DNA of 64,000 bases, from NCBI RefSeq assembly GCF_009914755.1, contig NC_060929.1, one strand, 5' to 3'. The position numbers were made by a program, and so were the translations under genes. This stretch comes from the human T2T-CHM13v2.0 reference genome, Homo sapiens. The notes beneath the pieces are model-generated. The model saw only the letters and a list, made by a program, of their open reading frames with translations, was not told the origin of the DNA and did no database searches. Of this stretch, positions 38,309 to 54,699 are shown one piece after another; the first letter of the stretch is position 1, and each line of letters begins with the position of its first letter.

Positions 38309-40570
38309 TTCTCCCTTCTGTCTGTCCTGAAAGCCTCCAACTGGTGGTTTACAACCTGAATCTAGCCCACAGATGTATTGTGTTTGGCTTGCAGAATTAT
38401 TTCCTAAAACCCACAGTCCCACTCGTTCCTATTGCTTTCTAGATGACTGGGTTCACACTTTTATATTATCCATCCTGCCTATGTAGACATCTGAATTGTG
38501 ACCTCTGAGAGCCAGACCCTGCCTTTCCTAATAGGCCCAATTCTTCCTCGATTAAGAAATCACCCCAGGTTCTTTTAGCTCCGTCTCACTCACCACCTCT
38601 TCTGCATTCTGAAAACTTTTGGCTTTATTGTAGAATTTAGCACTTAATTATATGCAGCTTGACATTTGCTCTTGTCATGGTAGGCCTTTCTGGCACATGT
38701 TGAGACAAGCCTAACACTTTTTGTTATTTCTCTTTTCAACTGAAGTAATATCTTTCTATCCAACAGCTCACTAAACATTAGCTAAGCACCTATGATTTGT
38801 CAGGTACCATGCTAGGCCTTTGGGATGCAAAGGTGTTGAAGACAAGCTCCTCTCTTATTAGAAACTAACTTCGGACCTTATTTCCCAGCACTTGGCCTCA
38901 GTGGTCTATTCATTATTTCAGAACACATCTAGTCCTTCCTAAGCCTCACTCCCTGGTTAACACTCCTCCCACTGCTACAATAAACTTTCTTTGAATAGTT
39001 AAATCATATTTGTCTTTTGAAGCCTGGGTCAATTTCCCTTATATTTGCCTTGCCTTGTCTGTTTCACAGACATGTGTCCACCCCTGTCTCTTGGAAATTT
39101 GACATAGGCCATCATTTACAGAAAGTGCTCTTCTGTGGGTGTCCTGTTTGTTATTTACAGACTCTCCAAGGACAGGGCTGATCCAGTCTTACGTTTCTCC
39201 CGTATTTCCACACTGCCTGGGCATAGTGCCGAACTCCGAGCAGATACTCAATAATTAATGTCCGTGGTTTGACTGATCCTCCCATCTTCAATTAGTCTAC
39301 TTTCAAGAAATACATGCTGACACTAATTTTATTTTTTATACTCAGTGGAATCCAGTGAGAAAGGTAAATCTTCTGCTTTTGCATTAAAACATCGCATAAA
39401 AAGCAGGTACCAACTTTGAGTACTGCTGGGCTCCCAAAGTTGTTTATACATCAGTTTAGAATTCAGCCTGCATTTTCCCACAGAAATAATGCCTTGGGGT
39501 TGGTCACACCCCAAGGCCAGCCTACGTGAACATGCGTAACCCATAATGTTTTGAACTCTGGGGCAGAGATTAGAGCTCACATGTACTTCTCATTGCCTGA
39601 AGAGTGTGGAGGTTATATGCACTTCACCTTACCTGACAATCACCACACTGTGCCCAGCTTTACGATGTCTGTTTTCTCATCTGGATAGTAACCCCTATGA
39701 GCACAAAGGCCGTATCGGTCTTGTTCACTGCCATATCCTAGCACAGTGCCCAGCACATTTATTGAGCAGTCAATAAGTATTTGTTGATTTGGATTGAGTT
39801 AAATTCTAGTTGAAAGATGATGGACTTTGGAGACACATAGGCATGGATTTGAATTCCAATGCCATCACTAACTAGCCGGGTGGTACTGGGGCCTCTCTGA
39901 GCCTCAGCTTATCTCTCCATGTTTTGTTAATTCATAAAACCAAGTTGCTGAGTATGTGGTTAATACCAAAATGTTTTTTCTTTCCTTCCTTACTGCCTTA
40001 ATCCCTCAAAAGCATCTGATTAATTAATTAATGATGTCTCTTTTTAGCCTTCTCTGGTGGTGACAGAGAAGGCAATATTTGATGCCAGGGCCTTTCCGCA
40101 GCTTTTGGGAAGTGTTGGGTTCTATTTCCAGCTCTAATTCTAACAGACTGTGTGACCTGAGATAGGTCACGCAAACATATCTTTGAGACAGCAATGAGAG
40201 ATTTCAGTTATTTCCAGGCTTTTCCACATAAATATTAATAATTTCAGGTGAGTGAATATAAATGCTCAATGTTCTGGGGGGCAGAGTCCAAAGGTTGAAT
40301 TTATTTGAATTCAGTCTTATGTTTCATCTTAATTATTCATGCATACTTTATATTTGTCCAAATATAAACTTTTTGCTTATACTTCATCAAAGGGTACGTA
40401 AAAACAGAGACTTCCCACACCTAATACAGTCGTCAAATGTATTAGTAGAAATGCCTTCGCTTTTATATCTGGGGACAAGGAATGACATGATTCAGTGAAG
40501 GTAAGTGTAGTTAACCTTTCCAGAAATACCCGCAGGAGACCAATTATTTATCTGCTTAAAAACTACCCTT

Positions 40571-40734
<164 letters not shown>

Positions 40735-40750
40735 AAAACTTTCCTTTGCT

Positions 40751-41043
40751 GGCCAGAGTGGCTCACGCCTTTAATACCAGCACTTTGGGAAGCCAAAGCT
40801 AGGGGATTGCTTGAGCTGAGGAGGTTGAAGCTGGTCTGAGAAACATGGCAAGACCCTACACCTACAAAAAATTAAAAAATTAGCTGGTCATGGTAGCATG
40901 CACCTGTAGTCCCGGCTACTCAGGAAGCTGAGGTGGGAGGATCACTGGGGCCCAGAAGCTAGTGGATGCAGTGAGCTGTGATCACACCACTGCACTCCAG
41001 CCTGGGTGACAGAGCAAGACCCTGTCTCGAAAAAAACAAAACA
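40751..41043 (+). mobile_element. AluJ whose A-rich tail was the L1 target site
   Basis: Diverged dimer ending gagcaagaccctgtctc-gaaaaaaacaaaaca. Confidence 0.88.
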
Positions 41044-41312
41044 GATTGGGTTCCAAGATAGCCGAATAGGAACAGCTCCAGTCTACATCTCCCAGCGTGA
41101 GCGACACAGAAGACGGGTGATTTCTGCCTTTCCAACTGAGGTACCGGGTTCATCTCACTGGGACTTGTCGGACAGTGAGTGCAGGACAGTGGGGGCAGCA
41201 CACCGAGCGTGCGCTGAGGCGGGGTGAGGCATCACCTCATCCAGGAAACGCAAGGGGTCAGGGAATTCCCTTTCCTAGCCAAGTAAAGCTGTGACAGAAG
41301 GCACCTGGAAAA

Positions 41313-41495
41313 TCAGGTCACTCCCACCCTAATACTGCACTTTTCCAATGCTCTTAGCAAACGGCACACCAGGAGACTATATCCCGTGCCTGGCTTGGAG
41401 GGTCCCATGCCCATGGAGCCTCGCTCGTTGCTAGCACAGCAGTCTGAGATCGAACTGCAAGGCAACAGCGAGACTGGTGGAGGGGCGCCCGCCAT
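41313..41495 (-). CDS. L1 ORF0 (antisense ORF in the 5'UTR), 60 aa, slightly truncated
   Basis: MAGAPPPVSLLPCSSISDCCASNERGSMGMGPSKPGTGYSLLVCRLLRALEKCSIRVGVT* resembles primate L1 ORF0; expression of this copy is unknown. Confidence 0.6.
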   Translation of the reverse strand: MAGAPPPVSLLPCSSISDCCASNERGSMGMGPSKPGTGYSLLVCRLLRALEKCSIRVGVT

Positions 41496-42069
41496 AGCTG
41501 AGGCTTGAGTAGGTAAACAAAGCAGCCAGGAAGCTCAAACTGGGTGGAGCCCAACGCAGCTCAAGGAGGCCTGCATGCCTCTGTAGACTGCACCTCTGGG
41601 GGCAAGGCATAGCCGAACAAAAGGCAGCAGAAACCTCTGCAGACTTAAGTGTCCCTGTCTGACAGCTTTGAAGAGAGTAGTGGTTCTCCCAGCATGGAGT
41701 TTGAGATCTGAGAATGGACAGACTGCCTCCTCAAGTGGGTCCCTGACCCCCAAGTAGCCTAACTGGGAGGCACCCCCCAGTAGGGGCAGACTGACACCTC
41801 ACACAGCTGGGTACCCCTCTGAGACAAAACTTCCAGAGGAACGATCAGGCAGCAACATTTGCTGTTCAGCAATATTCACTGTTCTGCAGCCTCTGCTGCT
41901 GGTACCCAGGCAAACAGGTCTGGAGTGGACCTCCAGCAAACTCCAACAGACCTGCAGCTGAGGGTCCTGACTGTTAAAAGGAAAACTAACAAACAGAATG
42001 GACATCCACATCAAAACCCCATCTGTACGTCACCATCATCAAAGATCAAAGGTAGATAAAACCACAAAG

Positions 42070-43087
42070 ATGGGGAAAAAACAGAGCAGAAAAACTGAAA
42101 ATTCTAAAAATCAGAGCACCTCTTCTCCTCCAAAGGAAAGCAGCTCCTCACCAGCAAAGGAACAAAGCTGGACAGAGAATGACTTTGACGAGCTGAGAGA
42201 AGAAGGCTTCAGACGATCAAACTACTCTGAGCTAAAGGAGGAAGTTCGAACCAATGGCAAAGAAGTTAAAAACCTTGAAAAAAGATTAGATGAATGGCTA
42301 ACTAGAATAACCAATGCAGAGAAGTCCTTAAAGGACCTGATGGAGCTGAAAACCACGGCACGAGAACTACGTGACGAATGCACAAGCTTCAGTAGCCGAT
42401 TCAATCAACTGGAAGAAAGGGTATCTGTGATGGAAGATCAAATGAATGAAATGAAGCGAGCAGAGAAGTTTAGAGAAAAAAGAATAAAAAGAAACAAACA
42501 AACCTTCAAAGAAATATGGGACTATGTGAAAAGACCAAATCTACGTCTGATTGGTGTACCTGAAAGTGACGTAGAGAATGAAACCAAGTTGGAAAACACT
42601 CTGCAGGATATTATCCAGGAGAACTTCCCCAACCTAGCAAGGCAGGCCAACACTCAAATTCCAGAAATACAGAGAACGCCACAAAGATACTCCTCGAGAA
42701 GAGCAACTCCAAGACACATAATTGTCACATTCACCAAAGTTGAAATGAAGGAAAAAAATGTTAAGGGCAGCCAGAGAGAAAGGTCGGGTTACCCACAAAG
42801 GGAAGCCCATCAGACTAACAGCTGATCTCTCGGCAGAAACTCTACAAGCCAGAAGAGAGTGGGGGCCAATATTCAACATTCTTAAAGAAAAGAATTTTCA
42901 ACCCAGAATTTCATATCCAGCCAAACTAAGCTTCATAAGTGAAGGAGAAATAAAATCCTTTACAGACAAGCAAATGCTAAGAGATTTTGTCACTGCCAGG
43001 CCTGCCCTAAAAGAGCTCCTGAAGTAAGCACTAAACATGGAAAGGAACAACCAGTACCAGCCACTGCAAAAACATGTCAAATTGTAA
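42070..43087 (+). pseudogene. L1 ORF1p (RNA-binding chaperone), disrupted
   Basis: MGKKQSRK.. start; +1 frameshift in the A run near 42752-42758; premature TAA at 43025-43027. Confidence 0.92.
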
Positions 43088-43148
43088 AGCCCATCGATGC
43101 TAGGAAGAAACTGTGTCAACTAATGAGCAAAAACCAGCTAACATCATA

Positions 43149-46973
<3,825 letters not shown>

Positions 46974-49900
46974 ACAATGAGAACACTTGGACGCAGGGCG
47001 GGGAACATCACACACTGGGGCCTGTTGTGGGGTGGGGGGAGGGGGGAGAGATAGCATTAGGAGAAATACCTAATGTAAATGATGAGTTAACAGGTGCAGC
47101 ACACCAACATGTCACATGTATACATATGTAACAAACCTGCACGTTGTGCACATGTACCCTAGAACTTAAAGTATAATAAAAAATATATCTATATATATAT
47201 ATAAAGAAAATATTGAAACGTTTGCATAACATTAAAAAAAAAAGAAAAAAACAAAACAAAAAAATCTCTCCTGGAAGACGAGTCACAACACTACACCCTC
47301 TTGGTTATATGGTGAAAAGTGAAGAAAGGAGAGGAGATGGTACATACAGGGGGAATAAGTAAAGAAGTTGCCAGCGTCTTTGTTTTTTGAGAAGAGATGA
47401 CGTAGCACATCTATTGTTTTTCATCAAATTCTGAAGTGATAAGATGTAAAGTAGTTTAGACAATGTTACTCACCCATCCATTCATTCTTTCATCCAACCA
47501 TCCATCCATCCCTCCACTGACATGTTCATTTTGTGTATTTATACATGTACTTAGTGCTTACTCTGTGTCAAGCATGATGGTATACTTTGGACTTTCAAAA
47601 TGGAAAGGTGTGATCTAAAGAAATATGAACAAAGTTTTGTGGGTACTCAAAAAGAACAAGCAACTTTGCCTGGGGTAAGGTGGAAGTTTGGAGTGGTTGA
47701 GCTCCCAAAGATGATGACTGGGCTCAGTTTTTCCCTGGTGAACAGGATATTAGCAGATAATCAAAGGGAGAAGGACATCTCAGACACAGAGAAAAACATG
47801 CTCTCATCTCTGGTGGCTCTCATCTCTGGGGGGGACGAGCTGACCAAGACTGGTTGGGGTAGGGCCTGGGAGAAATGAAACCTCTCCAGACCCCAAGGAC
47901 TGAATTCTCTGAAGAAGATGCCTGTAGTCCAAGGTAAAGGTATGGTGAATTCTGTTACCCATCATGATTGTGGGAAGATCATAATCAGAATTCCAGGGAG
48001 AAGGTAGGAATCCAAGAGTGGTTGGTCTGACTCACTGCGAGTGAGACTTGATACAGTTTCAAGGAAAGGGGTTGGCAGCAAGAATATATAAGAGTTAGTT
48101 ATGTATTATTAGGCTACACTCTTAATATGGAGAGGCAGTGTTATTATAAAGCCTTATTTACTACATTGCAAAGAACTATGTTGCATGTTTCTCCCAGCTG
48201 GCTCTGCAGCACCTCCCTCAGGACACCGTCTCACATTTTCCTAGATTGGGTGACGACTTTTTTTCTGAGGTTTCTCAGCTCCCTGTAATAACACTGTCAG
48301 GATCCTTCCTTTACTATGTGGTTCTTCCCTAGTCCTATGCTGCTAATACACTGTGGTCTCTTAAAAGCAGGGGCTAGATTTTCTGTCTCTGAATCCTCAG
48401 AATCCAGGACAGAGCGTGGCACGTAGTGAGTCGGTACCACTCCGTATTGAAATTTATGTAGAGAGCTTTTGTAGAATAACAATACTTGAGTCTCATCACC
48501 AGAGACTTAGAATTTGTCTTGGGTGGAACCTGGGCATGAATATATTTATATATATGGAAAATCCCCCGCTTGTTTTAAAAATGCAGCTATGGTTATAGAC
48601 CACTGAAGCAGATGCTTAGATAATGCTTCTTGAGGTATTGGACTATAACAGATATTATCCTGGCCATCTCATTTTTTGGTAGGGCAGGGGGTTGGAGAGG
48701 AGCTGCAACCTGCTGTTTAGGCAGCTTCTCAAGGATCTCAGTTCACTTCAGGCTGCAGAAACCTGGGAGCAGATGACTGCTTCTAGATGCTGCATACTTA
48801 TCTGAAAGAAAACCTTAATGTGCTCCCAGGAATACGTGCACAGATTTGCTTCAAGATGACTTGGTTATAATAACCAGCTAAGCTAGGCTGTCACTGGTGA
48901 GAACGGAAAGTGACTGAGCATTCATAGAAATGGCTTTCCTGCTCACCAGCTTGTTGGGGAAGGATCAGGGCTATGGATTAAAGGTGGGGGCACTGAGTGT
49001 GTTACAGAAACTGGAAAATGAGGTGCCCATCTTTCTACCATCCAGAAAAGCCACCAGAAACTATAGATCGGAATTCGGAATAAATCAAGGAAAATAAATG
49101 AGTTCTCCCTCGCCCAAATTTACTGTAGTTGTATAGGTGGATCTGGGAGATTTAGTGGAGGAAAAGGGAGCACACAGCCTAAGCTTTCCAGAAAGAGCTG
49201 GGGATGATGGTGTTAGAAATGTGATAGAACTTTAAAAATGTTGAAATCATTGGTGACAATTAGAAAACATTAAAAACACACACACACACACACATGGTTT
49301 TTCAACATTAAAACCGAGGCACACACTCTGTTGGCGGGGGTGGGTGTTGACAGAGAGAGTGAGTGAGTCCATATTTCCCAAGATGAGGAGAAATGCCCTT
49401 GTCCTAGGAGGCAGTGATTTTGCCAGCACCATGGAGAAGGGCACACATTGTCTCTTGCTTATTTTTTATTTATACAGATAGGTTTCTGGGGAGGGTTTTT
49501 ACTGTATCCAATCTGAACTGACAAAGGCAATCCTGATGTCTGTGTAACTGCATGCGTAGATCAGAGGATACAAATTCACTCCTTAGATCTACTGGTCTTT
49601 TCTGGCCAATTCTGTTGCATTTTAGATCGACATACTCCCTCTGTCATTTCTTAGCAAAGGAAAAGAGGTTCAAGGGTGAGATTTTAAAACCTCCCTTTGC
49701 TAGTAGTTTTTCTAAAGTTTCTGGTAGAATTAATCCCTAAGCAGAGCGGTCAGTGAGAGTGGGCTCTGAATTCTGGCTGAGGCATAGGCTGCTGTATGTT
49801 TCATGAGATCGGCCTCCCAGCTTGGTTTTGGGCCTGCCTGACTTGGAAGGGATTTGTGGGAGAAGTCCATTTTGAAAAATGAGGATAGTAGACCTTTGAT

Positions 49901-51519
49901 TTGGGGAAACCCTGCTGAGGAAACTGTATTAGTCATCACTGAATGAGCTTCTGATGTCTATGTTCTCTCTCTGGAGGGTGGTGGGATGATTAAGGGTATT
50001 TTCACTGTAGGAAGGAGGATAGAACGTTGTATGTATTTTTTGGTTTCTCCCATTTCCTGTCAAATAACCCCTTAGTCTTTTGTATGTGGTCAAGCTGTGT
50101 TGTCAGGACAGTTGAAGAAATCTGTGCCCAGAAGCGTCCAGATCCTCTATTCTAGCTCCACGCCTCATCTGAGAATCTCTCCTTTCTCTCTGCAACAGTT
50201 ACGTGACATCTCCTATTCGAACTTAAATCCGCTTAATAAAATCATGGCGATTACTTATTTTGTGACAGGTACTTGTGCTAGGTGTTGAGCCCAAAGTAGT
50301 GGCACAGACCTAATCCCTGTCCTCAAGTAACTTACCAATGATTCACAATCTATTTGTTTAACAGTGTAAGAGGGGGCAGCTCCGAGTGGATTACTTTATG
50401 ACTCCCTACCTCAGAGAAGATTATAGTCCAGAATTTTAATGCTCTCATTCAGGGCTGATGATGATGCAGAGGCATAAATAAAAGGAAACACTAGTTTGCG
50501 ATTGGATGGGGGAGAAAAGGGAGGAAAGTCATGTGAGGAGGGAGGGAGCTTGTTGTGAAGCTGGGAAATGGAAGGGTGGAAACCATATCTAGGATGGCTT
50601 TCTGGAAAAATAGTTGCAAAAATTTTCATCACCACGGAGTCCTGTTCTTATTCCTATGCCCATGGATGCATGTTTTGAAATACATTGTCTCTCAAAAAAG
50701 CGGCATGCATTAAACATTCAGTAATTTTCTGACCAACAGAGTTAAACAGGTTGCCTATTTAGAGTTTATCTTGTCCTCATTCAAACAAGGAATCTTGGCG
50801 TTTTCATTAGCCCATGCAGTAATACTGAAGATGAATGAGTGTACAATTTCTGTTAAGCTTTTTGAAATATTGCAAATAGCTCATGTACCCCCATTTCTGC
50901 AATGAAAACCTTACCTGAGACGATTGCTGCAGGGCCATTTGTTCATGTAGTTCAATTTTCACTTAAGCTTTGAAAGTTTACACGTTAGGACCGTGTAGGT
51001 ACAGAACCCAGGGCCTATGACTTTATTGGCTCAGGATATTTGTTAATTGACATTAAAGTATTAAGTATCAAAATTGAAATAATTGCTTAAGTATTTAGAA
51101 AATGAACAGTATATTAGCTAGTCAACTACAACTCAACAGTTTTGCAGTTGTATTTACGTTGTATTTATTTGGGGAGGTTTTTTCTTTTTAATATCTTTGA
51201 CACATGATATGAAATGGGGCCTTCAAAAGTCACCTTGTTTAGAGCCTGCTTTTTTGTCTAAAGAGCTCCAAGAAAGGAGATTGAGTGGTATAATTTAAGA
51301 TCTAAAAGCAGATGACCCTGTTCTTCCTGGAAAGTAGACTGGAGATGCAGGTCCCTTGGGCAAGACATATCTGCTATCTCCTATTCTATTGTGTGGATAA
51401 GCCATCATTTATATAATAGGATCCCTGATGTGGGGATATTTATCTTGCTTGTTACATTTGGGTATTATACGTAATACAATATTGCTATAAATAGCTGCAC
51501 ACAGTGCAAGAACCTTGCA

Positions 51520-51870
51520 ACCAAAAAGACATGGGAGCAGATCCAGCTCCATTGCCTACAGTTCTGTGGCTCTGGACAAGTTGCATAAAGCTTTAGATTT
51601 CCTCATTTGTAACATGGGAAGAACCAGCGTAGCAGATCTATAAGGTTATTCTGTGAATTAAATGAGGTGGCTCATGTAAAGCACTTATCATAATGGCTGG
51701 CATATATTAAGTGCTCAATAAATATTGAATGATAATAATCATTAGAATGAATCTTATTTTGTATCTTAAAATGGGGTAATACTTATCCCCGGGGTTCTTG
51801 TCAAGACTCATTGAGATATTGAACACAAAGCACACAGCCCATTGCCCAGCACATAGTAAGAATTCAACAA
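51520..51870 (+). mobile_element. Two tandem MIR fragments
   Basis: tttcctcatttgtaacatggg..tgtaaagcactta..aagtgctcaataaat and aaaatggggtaatact..tgcccagcacatagtaag. Confidence 0.65.
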
Positions 51871-54699
51871 ATTTAGTTTTGTTTTTTATCTATTTTTTTG
51901 CACCTCATAAATTTTTCCTGTTTTGAAGAACAAAATACTAAAGTGGAGCCTATCTGAGGCACATCTTCATAAGTGTCTCCAACCAGCCTTTATTCATTGG
52001 CATTAAGATATTGAACATGCAGACTTTAGGAGGCTTAATTTTTTCTGCTCTGGCCTGCAGGTTGGAGGTTTCACTACATTTTAATAAAAACCCTTGCAAA
52101 GCAACTTACAGATCTAAATAAAAACAATGTTTTGCTTATTTAGCTGGTTTCATAGTTGTGCCTTTTAAAAGAATGTTAGCCCATGTTACTTTGCAGTGCT
52201 TTTCTGTCCATTTAGTAATGTTGGCAACAGTGATCCAGCTTGCGAGCCCCAAGGTTACATCTATAGCCCCAGCATGGGACGGGAGACCTGCTGGGTGTGG
52301 GGAAGAAGGAGAGCCATTCCCACAGTAGCCTGACACCCCTGAACACAGGGCTTCCTGGGTGTACATCCCTGGGATGTATCCACTCAGTCCCCTGTGGACA
52401 TGATTCTTTAGGATTGCAGCCTGACTTTCATTTCTTTCCAATGGAGAAAGAGTTCTATTTTCATTGTTACATATGTGATTATGAACATTTCCAACAAAAC
52501 ATAGCAAATAAAATTATCCCTTTAACCTCACATCTGTCCCTCCTCCCTCCCACTCAGTGATATCATTGTTAATGGTTTGCCATGCATTTTTTCCAGACTT
52601 TCTGGACATAGAAAATAAATTTTCAAAAAAAAAAGGTGTATATTACATATGGTACTCTGTAGTCTCTTTTTTTCTGAACATATTTAGGATATTTTTCCAG
52701 GTCAAGATCTATCTACCTTCTCCTCCATTGTGTGAATAAACTGTCATGTACATAATAGGATTCCTGATTTGACCACATTTATCTTGCTTGCTGCGTTTAG
52801 GTATTATAAACAATGCAATATGCTACAAGCAGCTGTGCACACAACTGTTTGTCTTATGATGTTCTTTGGACAGATTTACAGAATGATTTACCATCTGCAA
52901 AGTGCTGCCACATCCATTCATTTATGTGATCCAAAGAGGTGGAGGCAGAGGCAGTCACAAGCCTGGACTTGAGTCAGGCAGGCCTGGGCTGGAACTTGGA
53001 TTAGCAGACCACAGCCAAGCACTTCACTCATCTCTAAATCTGGAATTGTAGAAGTCTTTCTCCCATTTTATATGTGCTTGCAGGATTCCTTAAGTTAATG
53101 TCTGTAAAATACTTAGAAAAGTACATGCCACATATTAAAAACTCAAAAGATATTAGCTCTCAGTGTTGGAATTAGCTATGGTTCCTCAAAACAATTCTGA
53201 TATTGTGGATGCCAATGCATCCAAAATACAGATGAAGAAACTTGAGGCTCAGAGGGGCAAGATGTGTCAAGGTCAATGACCAACAAGGAAAGAGAATAGT
53301 TAATGGCAACTTCATTAGTCTCTGTGCAAGGAGAGACTTTTGCAGAGAGTTTTTCATAATATTGAAAGAAGTTGCCAGAGAAGTTGGAGAGGGCCTAAAG
53401 CACCATTCCGTTGTGCCATCGACACCACACTTCTGATCATGGAAGGAGCATGCAATTAGGCAGAAATGAGCTTAGGTTCAGGTTGGGCCATCTGTGAATG
53501 GAACATTCTTGGGCAAGTTACTAAATCTCTCTAATTCGTGTGTTGTGTATCTGGGATTTCAGTGGAGTTTTATAAACAGTTAAATGAGATTATGTCAAGT
53601 CTATATGCACAGTTGCTGGCATATAATAAGACCTTGAAACTTGTGTTAACAGCAGTGTCAGAATTAGAACCCACATCTTCTTTTCCTTTTTATTGCATCC
53701 TTCTGCCACCAACTCCAACCCTTGTCTTCTAGTGAAGGCTAATACAAAGTGCAAGACATGTGTGACAACATGAAAGCATTGCCCAAGTCCCGCCTGGCAC
53801 ATGGGGTGGGGACACTCACCCAGTGGGTGGGGAGAAGCAGAGATGATGGGATAGAGCAGTGCCACCCACCCTGCCTTGTTTACCCTGCCTCCCCTTCGCT
53901 GAGCTGTCTCTGTCCCTGGCTGCCTCTGAAGCTTGCTTCACGCAATGAGATGTCAATGCAGTAAAATCTTTCAGGATGGAAACCAGTTCAAACAGGAAGA
54001 AAGAAGACAGCACTAAACCTAGAACTCATGCAAAAATCACATTCCCTCTAAGGGCCAGAGAGAGAGAGGGTGACTGTACTGTAGATGATATCTGTTACTA
54101 TTTTTCAAAGTTAGATATTTTCTTTCTAGGTGTTTGTGGTAGTTTCAAGATAAGAAAGAAATGGAAAAGACCTCTTCCATAGAACACAGAATGGACAAAA
54201 CAGTAGCAGCCATAGATTGCTGCTGTTTTCACTGTAAGAATATACATTCTTTCTCTTTTGCTTAAAAAAAAAATGTAGGCCTTTGGATTTCACTCTGTAG
54301 CTGTGACCTTGTGATCTTCATCTTAGCACTGAAAAGGCCTAAAGACAAAGCAGGCAGAGGAGGTGAGATTGTCCTTGGCATAAACACAGGGCCAAGGCTG
54401 CCTGTGTGCTGGACTGGAGGAAGCAGTGGCCCCCTCAATGTTCAGCAGAATAGGTCCTTCATTCTAGCTCTGATGACATTTCCTGTCACACAACACTGGT
54501 CATATTACCTTGTGCAAACCCCATCCTAAAGCTGAAGTTTTTCTTTCTGTAAAATGGATTGCACTGTCACTATTTTTGAAACCTTAGACATTTACATGAC
54601 ACAATCATATTTTTAAAAGTGTATCACTATCAGGTATATGTTTAATATATTTAACAAAATCACCTCACTTCTAAATATTCAAACATGAAAAGTTTAGGG

